Shown piece after piece: positions 25,913-33,635 of a stretch of 64,000 bases of DNA. The stretch's first letter is position 1; every line of letters starts with the position of its first letter. Under the pieces are notes generated by a model. The model saw nothing but the letters and a program-made list of their open reading frames with translations. It had not been told where the DNA came from and made no database searches. Both the position numbers and the translations under genes were made by a program. The DNA is from Gemmatimonadaceae bacterium (GTDB taxonomy: Bacteria; Gemmatimonadota; Gemmatimonadetes; Gemmatimonadales; Gemmatimonadaceae), in the NCBI GenBank assembly GCA_036280075.1, contig DASURL010000147.1, positions 95 to 64,094 of the forward strand. Direction: 5' to 3'.

Positions 25913-28900
25913 CAGGCGAACCTCTCGGCGCGCTTGACCCACTTGGCGAGATCCTTCTCGTGTGGATCCAGCGGCGTGCCTGGATGGATGATGGACACCG
26001 GACACCGTTCGGCGGCGAGGACGAGCTGCTGGAAGGTGCCAGCCGAGGCGTCCTTGACGTACGCCTGCTTGTCGGCGTTGTAGGCGAACATCCGGTTGTT
26101 GATCCCCGTGCACTCATTGCAGCTCGTGCAGCGGATGGAGTCGATGTACGGCTCGATGACGAGCGGTTCGTCGTCGGTTGCCGTGGCGGCGGGCGTCGGC
26201 TCGGCCGCTGCCACGGGCTCCGCGATCGGCGGCGGTGCCGGTGGTGTCGCGGGCGGCGCAGCCGGAGATGGCGTCGCGGCGGGCATTGCAACCGGCGGTA
26301 GCGACGCCAGCAGCTCGGCCACCGCGGCCGATCCGCCCGCCGTGCGCATCAAGCCCTGCGCGAGGCGCTGCGCCAGCTTCGCCGGCAGCGTCGCATTCAG
26401 CTCCGCCACCTTCGCGTCGTACTCGGCACGCAAGGCCTCCGCGCGCCGCGCGAGATCCGCCTCGAGCTCGGCCGCCACGGCATCGTGCACCGCCATCGGA
26501 ATCTCGATCCCTGCGAGCTGGCGGAGCTGCGACCAGAACTGCTGCCGCTCCTCGGCGAGCGTGACGATCTCCGGTGCCACGGCGAGGCGGCGCAGCGTGC
26601 GGTCCTTCGTCAGCGTGTAGATGAAAGGCGTGTGCCCCTCACGCTGCGCGGCATCCCGCCCGACGTACTCGTGGAACGGCATCGGCGACGGCGCATCCTC
26701 CGCCAGCGGACGGAAGTGCTGCTTGAACCGCGCTTCCGTGGCCGCCCAGTCGGCTACCGTCACCGGCAGCTCCATGGTCCGCGACGCGCCCGTGTCGTCC
26801 ACGTACTCGAGCGTGTACGTCGGCCATGGATCTGACGGTGATGGATTCCCCTCGAGGCTCAGGCAGTCCGCGAAGCTCCTTCCCGCATCCGGATCATACG
26901 TGAGGAACGGGAACGCGCGGCTCTCGAGCGCGAGACGCGCCGCATGCTGCGACCAGTCGTCCGCCAGCCCGTGTTCCACGGGGCAGGGAGTGTATACGTT
27001 GATCAGCACCGGCCGACGCTTGTGCAGGCCCTTGAGCACCCCGGCGAGCAGGTGCGACGCCGCGGCCTGCGACGTCTGGTGCACGTACGCGCCGCGGTGC
27101 GCGATGGCGATCAACGCGAGCTCCTTGCGTGCCTCCGTCTTCCCGTGCTGCGACTTGCCGTACGCGGACATGTCCGCCACCTGTCCCGTGTAACCCGAGG
27201 TGCACGCCTGGCCGCCGGTGTTGGAGTAGACCTGCGTGTCCAGCACCACGACCCGGATCGGCTTCCCGCTCGCCAGCAGCCGCGACAGGTTCTGGAACCC
27301 GATGTCGAGCATGGCCCCGTCGCCGCCCATGGCGACGATCGGCGGACAGAGCGCGAACTCGTCGTCGGTGAACTGCTTCCAGTCCAGTGCGGCGAGCGCC
27401 GGTTCGTCGCGCTCCGCGTCGTATGTGCCAGCGGCCAGCAGCTCGGCGCGGCGGACGGTGACGAATTCGTCGGCCATCTTCCGCATGTGCGCCTCGAACA
27501 GCCCGATGGCGATCGACGGCGAATCCTGGAAGAGATGATTGACCCAGGGGAAGGGATACGGGTTGTACGGATACGTGCTTCCCCACACCGAGGAGCAGCC
27601 GGTGCTGTTCGCCATCCCCAGCGGGGCGCGGCCGTTGCCGCTTGGCCCTTCCACATAGCGCCACTTCAGGTCGCGCAGCCGATGCAGCGTGCCGTCCAGC
27701 AGCTCGCGCTCTCCTGGCTCCTGTGCCTCCAGCGCGGCGATCAGCTCGTCCAGGTGCGCCACCTGCTTCGCCACGCGTGGCTGCATCGACGCGCTGATCG
27801 CCGAGACGATCAGGTGCACGGCCGTCTTCTCGCCGCACCCCATGCACGCACCGTCGCCGCCGACCATCGAGCGGTAGGTGTCCTTCTTCAGCAGCAGCGA
27901 GGGAAGCACGCCGATCCCCTCATCCACGTCCGCCACGTTCACGTAGCGGTCGTGCGTGTCGGGAAGACGCTCGTGCACCGCCCAGTCATGCCGCAGCTTC
28001 TCGAGCGCCGGCGGGTCCTGCTGCACGGTGACGAGCGCTCCGTCCGGACAGACGGCGACACACAGGTTGCATCCCTTGCACGCTTCCGGATTCACGAAGA
28101 TCGAGAGCAACCCGCCGTTCCCCTTCTCGCGCCCCTCGACGGCATCGTAGAATGGCCGCGTTCGTGCGACCGGCAGCGCGACGAGCCGCGCGTTGACGAC
28201 CTGGAACTCTCCCTCAGCCGCTGCCTTGCGATCGGTGTCCCACCCGAGCTTGTCGGTCACGCTCCGGTACGCCGCGCTCCAGGCGTCGTTCAACGGAAGT
28301 GGCGGCTTCGCGTCGAGCAGCTTGCGGACTTCCTTTGCCCAGTGCTTCACGATGGGGCGCAGGCGCTCCATGCGTACCCCGTTCTCCGATGCATCGAGCG
28401 CGGTCGCCAGCAGCTGGTCCACCGTGTTCACCACCGCGGGGAGCGCCGCGTCGGGGCACTGCGTCCAGCACTGTGCACAGCCGGTGCACTTGTCGGCGAT
28501 GAAGTGCGGGATCTCCATCCGGACGCCACTCATGTCGCGCACCGCGCCGGTCGCAGCCGGAATGACGCTCATTGCCGCGAAGGGATCGGCGATGCCATCC
28601 TGGCCGAGCTGACACATCGAGCAGACCTGCTCCCAGAATCGCCCAGCATTGGCCGGCCCTTCCTCCGCGGCCTTCACCGCCAGCGACGCGGGCATGCGCG
28701 GCACCGCACCCGGCTCGTCGGTGGTGGCGAGCTCCCTCACCTCCACCGCCTTCACTTCGTCGAACCCGCGACGGATGACGCGCAGGTTGTCCTCCACCAC
28801 GCGCTCACCCTTCGCACCGAACTTCTTCGCGAGCTGCTGGCGAACGCCGCTGAACAGGGCTTCCGAGGTCACCTCCTCGCGCGCCATCAGCGACGAGGTG

Positions 28901-30858
28901 GCGAAGAAGGCGCCCATGAACGCCGCACCCTGCATGCGATAGCGCAGCTCGGCATCCGACGCTTCCTCCCGCGCGATCGCGAACGCGTCGAGCACGTGCA
29001 GGCGGACGTTGCGTTCCACGATTGCACGGCGTGCGGTCGCGGGGAGGGATTCCCAGAACGCCTCCGGGGAGAGGTCGCTCTGGATGACGAACGTGCCCCC
29101 CTCGGCCAGCCCGGACAGTGGATCGCTGTGCCGGAAGACGTTGGGATCGGGGGACAGGACGACATCCACGTGCTTCAGCTCGCAGTTGAGCCGCACCGGC
29201 TCGTGCGCGAGCACCGCATAGAAGGTGGTGGGCTGTCCCTTCTTCTCCGAGCCGTACTTCGGGTTGGCCTTGATGTGCAGCCCGAACAGCTCGAACGCCG
29301 TCATCGCCAGGTTCTTCCCCATCGTGATGGCGCCCCATCCACCCACGGAGTGGATGCGCACCGCCGTCGAGCCCTCGGGCAGCAGGTCGATGTTTCCCAC
29401 CGAGCGCACGGCGAGCTGCCGCAGCTTCGGATAGGCCTCGAGCAGTGACTCCTGCCAGATCTGGAGCTTCGGGACCTTCGTCCGCTCGCGCACGAAGTCG
29501 ATGCCGAGGTAGAACTGTCGCGTGCGCGCATGACCGGGGAGCATGTTCTCCACCGCACCCACGATGTCGCCCGGCTGGAGGTCGCGGCTGCCAAGGCCGA
29601 AGCACCCGCTGAAGAAATCGGGAATGTCGTCCGCCTGTACACAGGACACGCCAGGGTACGGGAAGTCGGACATCGCGCGCCCGTTCTCCGCCGCCTTGGA
29701 CATCGCCGCGCGGATCTCCCGCAGGAGGGGCGGGTCGACGGCCAGCGGCTGGTCGGTGCGCTCGAGCACGAGCACGCACTTCTTCCCGGCGAGCATGGTC
29801 GCCACCAGGTCGGCGGGGAAGGGGCGGAACATCGTGAGGTTCACGACCCCCGTCTTCACCCCCCGCTTCTCACGCAGCCAGTCGGCCGCCGCTTCGGCAT
29901 TCGAGACCACCGAGCCCTGGCCGACGATCAGATAGTCGGCGTCGTCTGTCCGGTAGCCGCCCAGCCGCGCGTAATGCCGGCCGGTGAGCGCGCCGAACTG
30001 CTGCATCGCGCTGTCGGTGATCTCGGCGATGTGGTCGAAATAGAACGGCCGCTGCGCCGCCACCCCCTGTGCGTAGCTGTCCTGGTTCTGCACCACGCCC
30101 AGCATCGCCGGATAGTCGAAGTCGAACGACTCGGGGATGCGCCGCCGGCGCTCGCCGAACACCAGCCGCTGCGCCGGCGTCGGGCAGTCGATGATGTCGG
30201 CCGGGTCGCCGAGGAACGCCTTCACGAGCTCGCGCTCCGGGAGGCGGAGCGTCTCGATCACGTGGCTCGTGAGGAAGCCGTCCTGCGCGACGATCCCCGG
30301 GTTGAGCGACAGCTCGGCGATGTGGTGCGCGAGCAGGTTGAGGTCAGCCGCCTCCTGCACGTCCTTCGCGAAGAGCTGGAAGAAGCCGGTGTCGTCCACC
30401 GCGTGGTAGTCGTCGTGGCCCGCGTGCACGTTGAGCGCATGCTTGGTGATCGCCCGCGCCGCGATGTTGAGCACGTACGTCAGACGCTTCCCGACCGCCG
30501 GGTAGAGCGACTCGTGCATGTAGACGATCCCCTGGCCGCTGGAGAAGTTCGTCGCGCGGAGCCCGCTCATCGACATCCCTGCCGTGACCGCCGCGGCCGC
30601 GTGCTCCCCTTCGGGCTCGAAGAAGAGGAGGCGACGATCGTTCACGTTGCGCTTCCCCTCCGCGACCGCCGCGGCCCACCCTTCGCCCATCTGGGTGGAA
30701 GGAGTGATGGGATACGCACCGGCCGCCTCGCTGCCCGCGGTCTCCATCGCGACGACGGCCGCACTGCCGTCCATCGCCGAGAGCACGCCGGGGAACGGGG
30801 GGGCGACGGAGGTGGTCGATGCGACCTCCTCGTGCTTGCGCTGGGTCCAGAGCTTCAT
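25912..30858 (-). CDS. Giant pyruvate:ferredoxin (flavodoxin) oxidoreductase homolog (1648 aa) with C-terminal coiled-coil, Pro/Ala linker and ferredoxin-like domain
   Basis: PFOR domain I (GAYPITPSTQMGE), a 2x[4Fe-4S] domain (CTGCAQCWTQCP ... CKGCNLCVAVCP) split by a ~100-aa insert, and a TPP domain (GGDGAMLDIG). It then has ~250 extra C-terminal aa ending in CTSCNEC...ERCP. ATGA overlap with the rnfB stop. Confidence 0.9.
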   Translation of the reverse strand: MKLWTQRKHEEVASTTSVAPPFPGVLSAMDGSAAVVAMETAGSEAAGAYPITPSTQMGEGWAAAVAEGKRNVNDRRLLFFEPEGEHAAAAVTAGMSMSGLRATNFSSGQGIVYMHESLYPAVGKRLTYVLNIAARAITKHALNVHAGHDDYHAVDDTGFFQLFAKDVQEAADLNLLAHHIAELSLNPGIVAQDGFLTSHVIETLRLPERELVKAFLGDPADIIDCPTPAQRLVFGERRRRIPESFDFDYPAMLGVVQNQDSYAQGVAAQRPFYFDHIAEITDSAMQQFGALTGRHYARLGGYRTDDADYLIVGQGSVVSNAEAAADWLREKRGVKTGVVNLTMFRPFPADLVATMLAGKKCVLVLERTDQPLAVDPPLLREIRAAMSKAAENGRAMSDFPYPGVSCVQADDIPDFFSGCFGLGSRDLQPGDIVGAVENMLPGHARTRQFYLGIDFVRERTKVPKLQIWQESLLEAYPKLRQLAVRSVGNIDLLPEGSTAVRIHSVGGWGAITMGKNLAMTAFELFGLHIKANPKYGSEKKGQPTTFYAVLAHEPVRLNCELKHVDVVLSPDPNVFRHSDPLSGLAEGGTFVIQSDLSPEAFWESLPATARRAIVERNVRLHVLDAFAIAREEASDAELRYRMQGAAFMGAFFATSSLMAREEVTSEALFSGVRQQLAKKFGAKGERVVEDNLRVIRRGFDEVKAVEVRELATTDEPGAVPRMPASLAVKAAEEGPANAGRFWEQVCSMCQLGQDGIADPFAAMSVIPAATGAVRDMSGVRMEIPHFIADKCTGCAQCWTQCPDAALPAVVNTVDQLLATALDASENGVRMERLRPIVKHWAKEVRKLLDAKPPLPLNDAWSAAYRSVTDKLGWDTDRKAAAEGEFQVVNARLVALPVARTRPFYDAVEGREKGNGGLLSIFVNPEACKGCNLCVAVCPDGALVTVQQDPPALEKLRHDWAVHERLPDTHDRYVNVADVDEGIGVLPSLLLKKDTYRSMVGGDGACMGCGEKTAVHLIVSAISASMQPRVAKQVAHLDELIAALEAQEPGERELLDGTLHRLRDLKWRYVEGPSGNGRAPLGMANSTGCSSVWGSTYPYNPYPFPWVNHLFQDSPSIAIGLFEAHMRKMADEFVTVRRAELLAAGTYDAERDEPALAALDWKQFTDDEFALCPPIVAMGGDGAMLDIGFQNLSRLLASGKPIRVVVLDTQVYSNTGGQACTSGYTGQVADMSAYGKSQHGKTEARKELALIAIAHRGAYVHQTSQAAASHLLAGVLKGLHKRRPVLINVYTPCPVEHGLADDWSQHAARLALESRAFPFLTYDPDAGRSFADCLSLEGNPSPSDPWPTYTLEYVDDTGASRTMELPVTVADWAATEARFKQHFRPLAEDAPSPMPFHEYVGRDAAQREGHTPFIYTLTKDRTLRRLAVAPEIVTLAEERQQFWSQLRQLAGIEIPMAVHDAVAAELEADLARRAEALRAEYDAKVAELNATLPAKLAQRLAQGLMRTAGGSAAVAELLASLPPVAMPAATPSPAAPPATPPAPPPIAEPVAAAEPTPAATATDDEPLVIEPYIDSIRCTSCNECTGINNRMFAYNADKQAYVKDASAGTFQQLVLAAERCPVSIIHPGTPLDPHEKDLAKWVKRAERFA

Positions 30859-31694
30859 GATGCCTCACTCCCGGCCATGGCCGGCACACGTGCGAACTGC
30901 GCTCCCGTGAGCCACACGATCGCCCCCGTGGGGCAGCGCTCCGTCGCGCGCGGCTCGGCCAACGCGATCCTGTCCCAGTCGATGACGGCCACGCCGCTGG
31001 CGACGCTGATCAGTCCGTCCGGGGCGTCCATCACGCACTTCCCGCACGCCGTGCAGGCCACGCGGCACTGCGCGAGCGCGTCGTCGCCCGCGATCAGGTT
31101 GCGGCATTGCACCAGCAGTCCGGCGTTCAGAGGATGCAGCTCGAACAGTCCCTTCGGGCAGGCGACGACGCAGTCTCCGCACGCCGTGCACCTCTCCACG
31201 TCCACCACCGGCAGCCCGTACTCGTTCATCGTGATGGCGTCGAAGTCGCAGGCGCGCACGCAGTCAGCGAGGCCGAGACAGCCCCACGCGCACCCTTTTC
31301 CGCCGCCCGCCACCGCCGCCGCCGCGGCGCACGTGGCCAGCCCGCGATACTCCGCCTGCATCTCGGCCACGTGGGTGCCGCCAGCGCACAGCACCCGCGC
31401 CACGCGCTTCACCGCCTCGCCGGCGTCCACGCCGAGGTAGGCGGCGATCTGCGCACGCGCCGCATCGCCTGACACGGTGCACTGCGCCGGTGACACCTGG
31501 CCCGCCACCGCCTGCTCGGCAAAGGCGCGGCATCCCGGCAGCCCGCAGGCGCCGCAGTTCGCGTTCGGGAGCATCTGCGACACCACGTCGATGCGCGGAT
31601 CCTCCCACACCCAGAGGCGCTTGTTGGCGAAGGCGATGAACACGCCGAATACGAGGCCCACGCCGCCGAGGATGAGCACCGCGTCGAGGATCAT
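30855..31694 (-). CDS. rnfB: Rnf complex subunit B (polyferredoxin)
   Basis: 279 aa from MILDAVLILGG, with an N-terminal TM helix. CGACGLPGC cluster motif and ferredoxin motifs CTACGDCVVACP and CTACGKCV. ATGA overlap with the upstream unknown gene. Confidence 0.9.
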   Translation of the reverse strand: MILDAVLILGGVGLVFGVFIAFANKRLWVWEDPRIDVVSQMLPNANCGACGLPGCRAFAEQAVAGQVSPAQCTVSGDAARAQIAAYLGVDAGEAVKRVARVLCAGGTHVAEMQAEYRGLATCAAAAAVAGGGKGCAWGCLGLADCVRACDFDAITMNEYGLPVVDVERCTACGDCVVACPKGLFELHPLNAGLLVQCRNLIAGDDALAQCRVACTACGKCVMDAPDGLISVASGVAVIDWDRIALAEPRATERCPTGAIVWLTGAQFARVPAMAGSEAS

Positions 31695-32698
31695 GCGGGC
31701 ACCTCCGGCGGGGACGACTGCGCCACCAGCCATGCCGCGATCCGCTCGGCCGCATCGTCGGCGCCCAGCGCGCGTTCGGCTTCCTGGCCTGACGGCGCAG
31801 GCACGGTGAACGGCGTCGTCGCCAGGCTGGCGAGCACGCGAAGGTCCTGCGTCATCTGCCAGACACTCTGGCCGCCGATCGCTCGCCTGGGCGGGTCGGG
31901 CAGGTGCTGCACGGTGAGACGCTGCCAGGGCTCGCGCCCTCCGGCGGGATCGTGCATGAACACCGCGGCGCCAGCGGGAACCAGTGCTGCCACGGAGGGG
32001 CCGTCATGGGCAGCGAACCGATCGAGCCCGCTGCCATCGGCTGTCTGCAGCACGAAGGTGTTCGGGCTGATGCACCGCGCGAGCGGCGCTGGCGGCGAGG
32101 CGCCGCGGATGACGAGCACGATCTTCTCACGCCCGTCCGTGTAGTCCAGCAGCGCGCCCGGTTGCAGGTCGGCCCCGTCCACCAGCAGCACCAGCGGTGG
32201 TGCCGCTCGGCGCTCGGCGCTCGACCAGGTGCGGAAGTACTGCGTACGGAGCAGCCGCTCCTGGCCACTCTCGTAGCGGCCGGCGCGGATCTGTTCTTCC
32301 ATCAGGACGGCGCCGAGCGCCGCGCCGACCCTCTCGAACGCGCTTTCCAGCGCGCCTCCGAAGCGTCCGCCAGGCGGCACGTCGCTCACGAAGAATTCGT
32401 CGCTGCGCGACTGCACGGCGCGCAGCACGAGGAGCGCGTGCTCCAGCGCGGCGACGGCGTCCGGCGCCAGCGGGGGAATCGCACGGAAGAGCGCGGCGAA
32501 TCGGCCGGCATCAACCCGTGCGTCGGCGAAGTGGCCGAGCGAGAGCGAAGCCGCTGCGGCGCGCTGTCCGGCGTCGGCGTGCTGCGCGGCGAGCACCGTC
32601 TCGCCCTGCACGATGGCGTCCCCGACGAGCGCATGGAACTCGGCGATCGGCCGTGCGAGCGCGGCCAGCGCGAGGCCGAGCGGCGTGTCAGACGGCAT
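31691..32698 (-). CDS. Hypothetical protein (335 aa) embedded between korB and rnfB
   Basis: Ala/Leu-rich, with no TM helix, no Cys motif and no recognisable domain. GC3-rich coding signal. It overlaps the korB stop by 11 nt and the rnfB start by 4 nt. Confidence 0.65.
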   Translation of the reverse strand: MPSDTPLGLALAALARPIAEFHALVGDAIVQGETVLAAQHADAGQRAAAASLSLGHFADARVDAGRFAALFRAIPPLAPDAVAALEHALLVLRAVQSRSDEFFVSDVPPGGRFGGALESAFERVGAALGAVLMEEQIRAGRYESGQERLLRTQYFRTWSSAERRAAPPLVLLVDGADLQPGALLDYTDGREKIVLVIRGASPPAPLARCISPNTFVLQTADGSGLDRFAAHDGPSVAALVPAGAAVFMHDPAGGREPWQRLTVQHLPDPPRRAIGGQSVWQMTQDLRVLASLATTPFTVPAPSGQEAERALGADDAAERIAAWLVAQSSPPEVPA

Positions 32699-33635
32699 AG
32701 CGGTCGAGCTCCTTGTTCAGGAGGGCCACGCGCTCCGCCGCGGTGCGCGGCGTGACACGGCGCGTCTCCTCGTAGCGCGGGCGCGACGGGTCCACGAAGA
32801 ACAGCCCGAGGTTGATGTGCTCCCGGTCCGTGGCGAGACGGCGGGCGGCATGGATGTCGTGCGGGTCGTGCGGCACGTGGTTCGTGTAGAGCTTGCCCAG
32901 CTCGGGCACGACCACTCCGTCCTCGTGCATCAGCAGTGCGATGCGCGCCGGATCGGTGACGAGCTTCTGGTAGACCGGCCCCGCGTAGATGGGGCAGCGC
33001 TGGAGGATGCGGACGAAGCTCAGCCCCTTGTGCCGGTACGCGGCGCGCAGCGTGGCGAAGAGATGCGCCGGGGCCCACTCCGCCGTCTGCGCCACGAACG
33101 AAGCGTTCGTCACGCCGAGCGCGACCTGCAGCGGATCGAGCGGTGGGAGGAGTGAGCCGTGCGGCTGCGTGTTCGTCGGGAATCCCTGCGGCGTCGTCGG
33201 CGACGTCTGGAGCTTGGTGAGCCCGTAGATGCCGTTGTCGAGCAGGAGTACGGTGAGGTCCGGGTTGTAGCGCAGCGCGTGGATCCAGTGCGCGGCGCCG
33301 ATGGACGTGCAGTCACCGTCGCCCATCACCACGAACACCGTGAGGTCGGGGCGGTGGAGGCGGATGCCCGTCGCCACCGGGAGCGCGCGACCGTGGATGC
33401 CGTGGAAGCCGTATGTCTTCAGGTAGTGCGGAAATCGGCTCGAGCATCCGATGCCCGAGACGAACACCGTCTGCTCTGGAACGAGCTGCTCCTGGGTGAG
33501 GAGCTTCTGTACCGCGGCGAGGATCGAGTGGTCGCCGCAGCCGGGGCACCACCGCGCGCGCGCGCCCTCGTAGTCGCTGAGCTCGTACTCGTGATCGTCC
33601 TGCTCGGGCAGGAGCGGAAGGGCGCAGTGGCTCAT
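32688..33635 (-). CDS. korB: 2-oxoglutarate:ferredoxin oxidoreductase beta (TPP-binding) subunit
   Basis: 315 aa from MSHCALPLL. WCPGCGDH motif and TPP motif GDGDCTSIG. ATGA overlap with korA. Confidence 0.9.
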   Translation of the reverse strand: MSHCALPLLPEQDDHEYELSDYEGARARWCPGCGDHSILAAVQKLLTQEQLVPEQTVFVSGIGCSSRFPHYLKTYGFHGIHGRALPVATGIRLHRPDLTVFVVMGDGDCTSIGAAHWIHALRYNPDLTVLLLDNGIYGLTKLQTSPTTPQGFPTNTQPHGSLLPPLDPLQVALGVTNASFVAQTAEWAPAHLFATLRAAYRHKGLSFVRILQRCPIYAGPVYQKLVTDPARIALLMHEDGVVVPELGKLYTNHVPHDPHDIHAARRLATDREHINLGLFFVDPSRPRYEETRRVTPRTAAERVALLNKELDRYAV

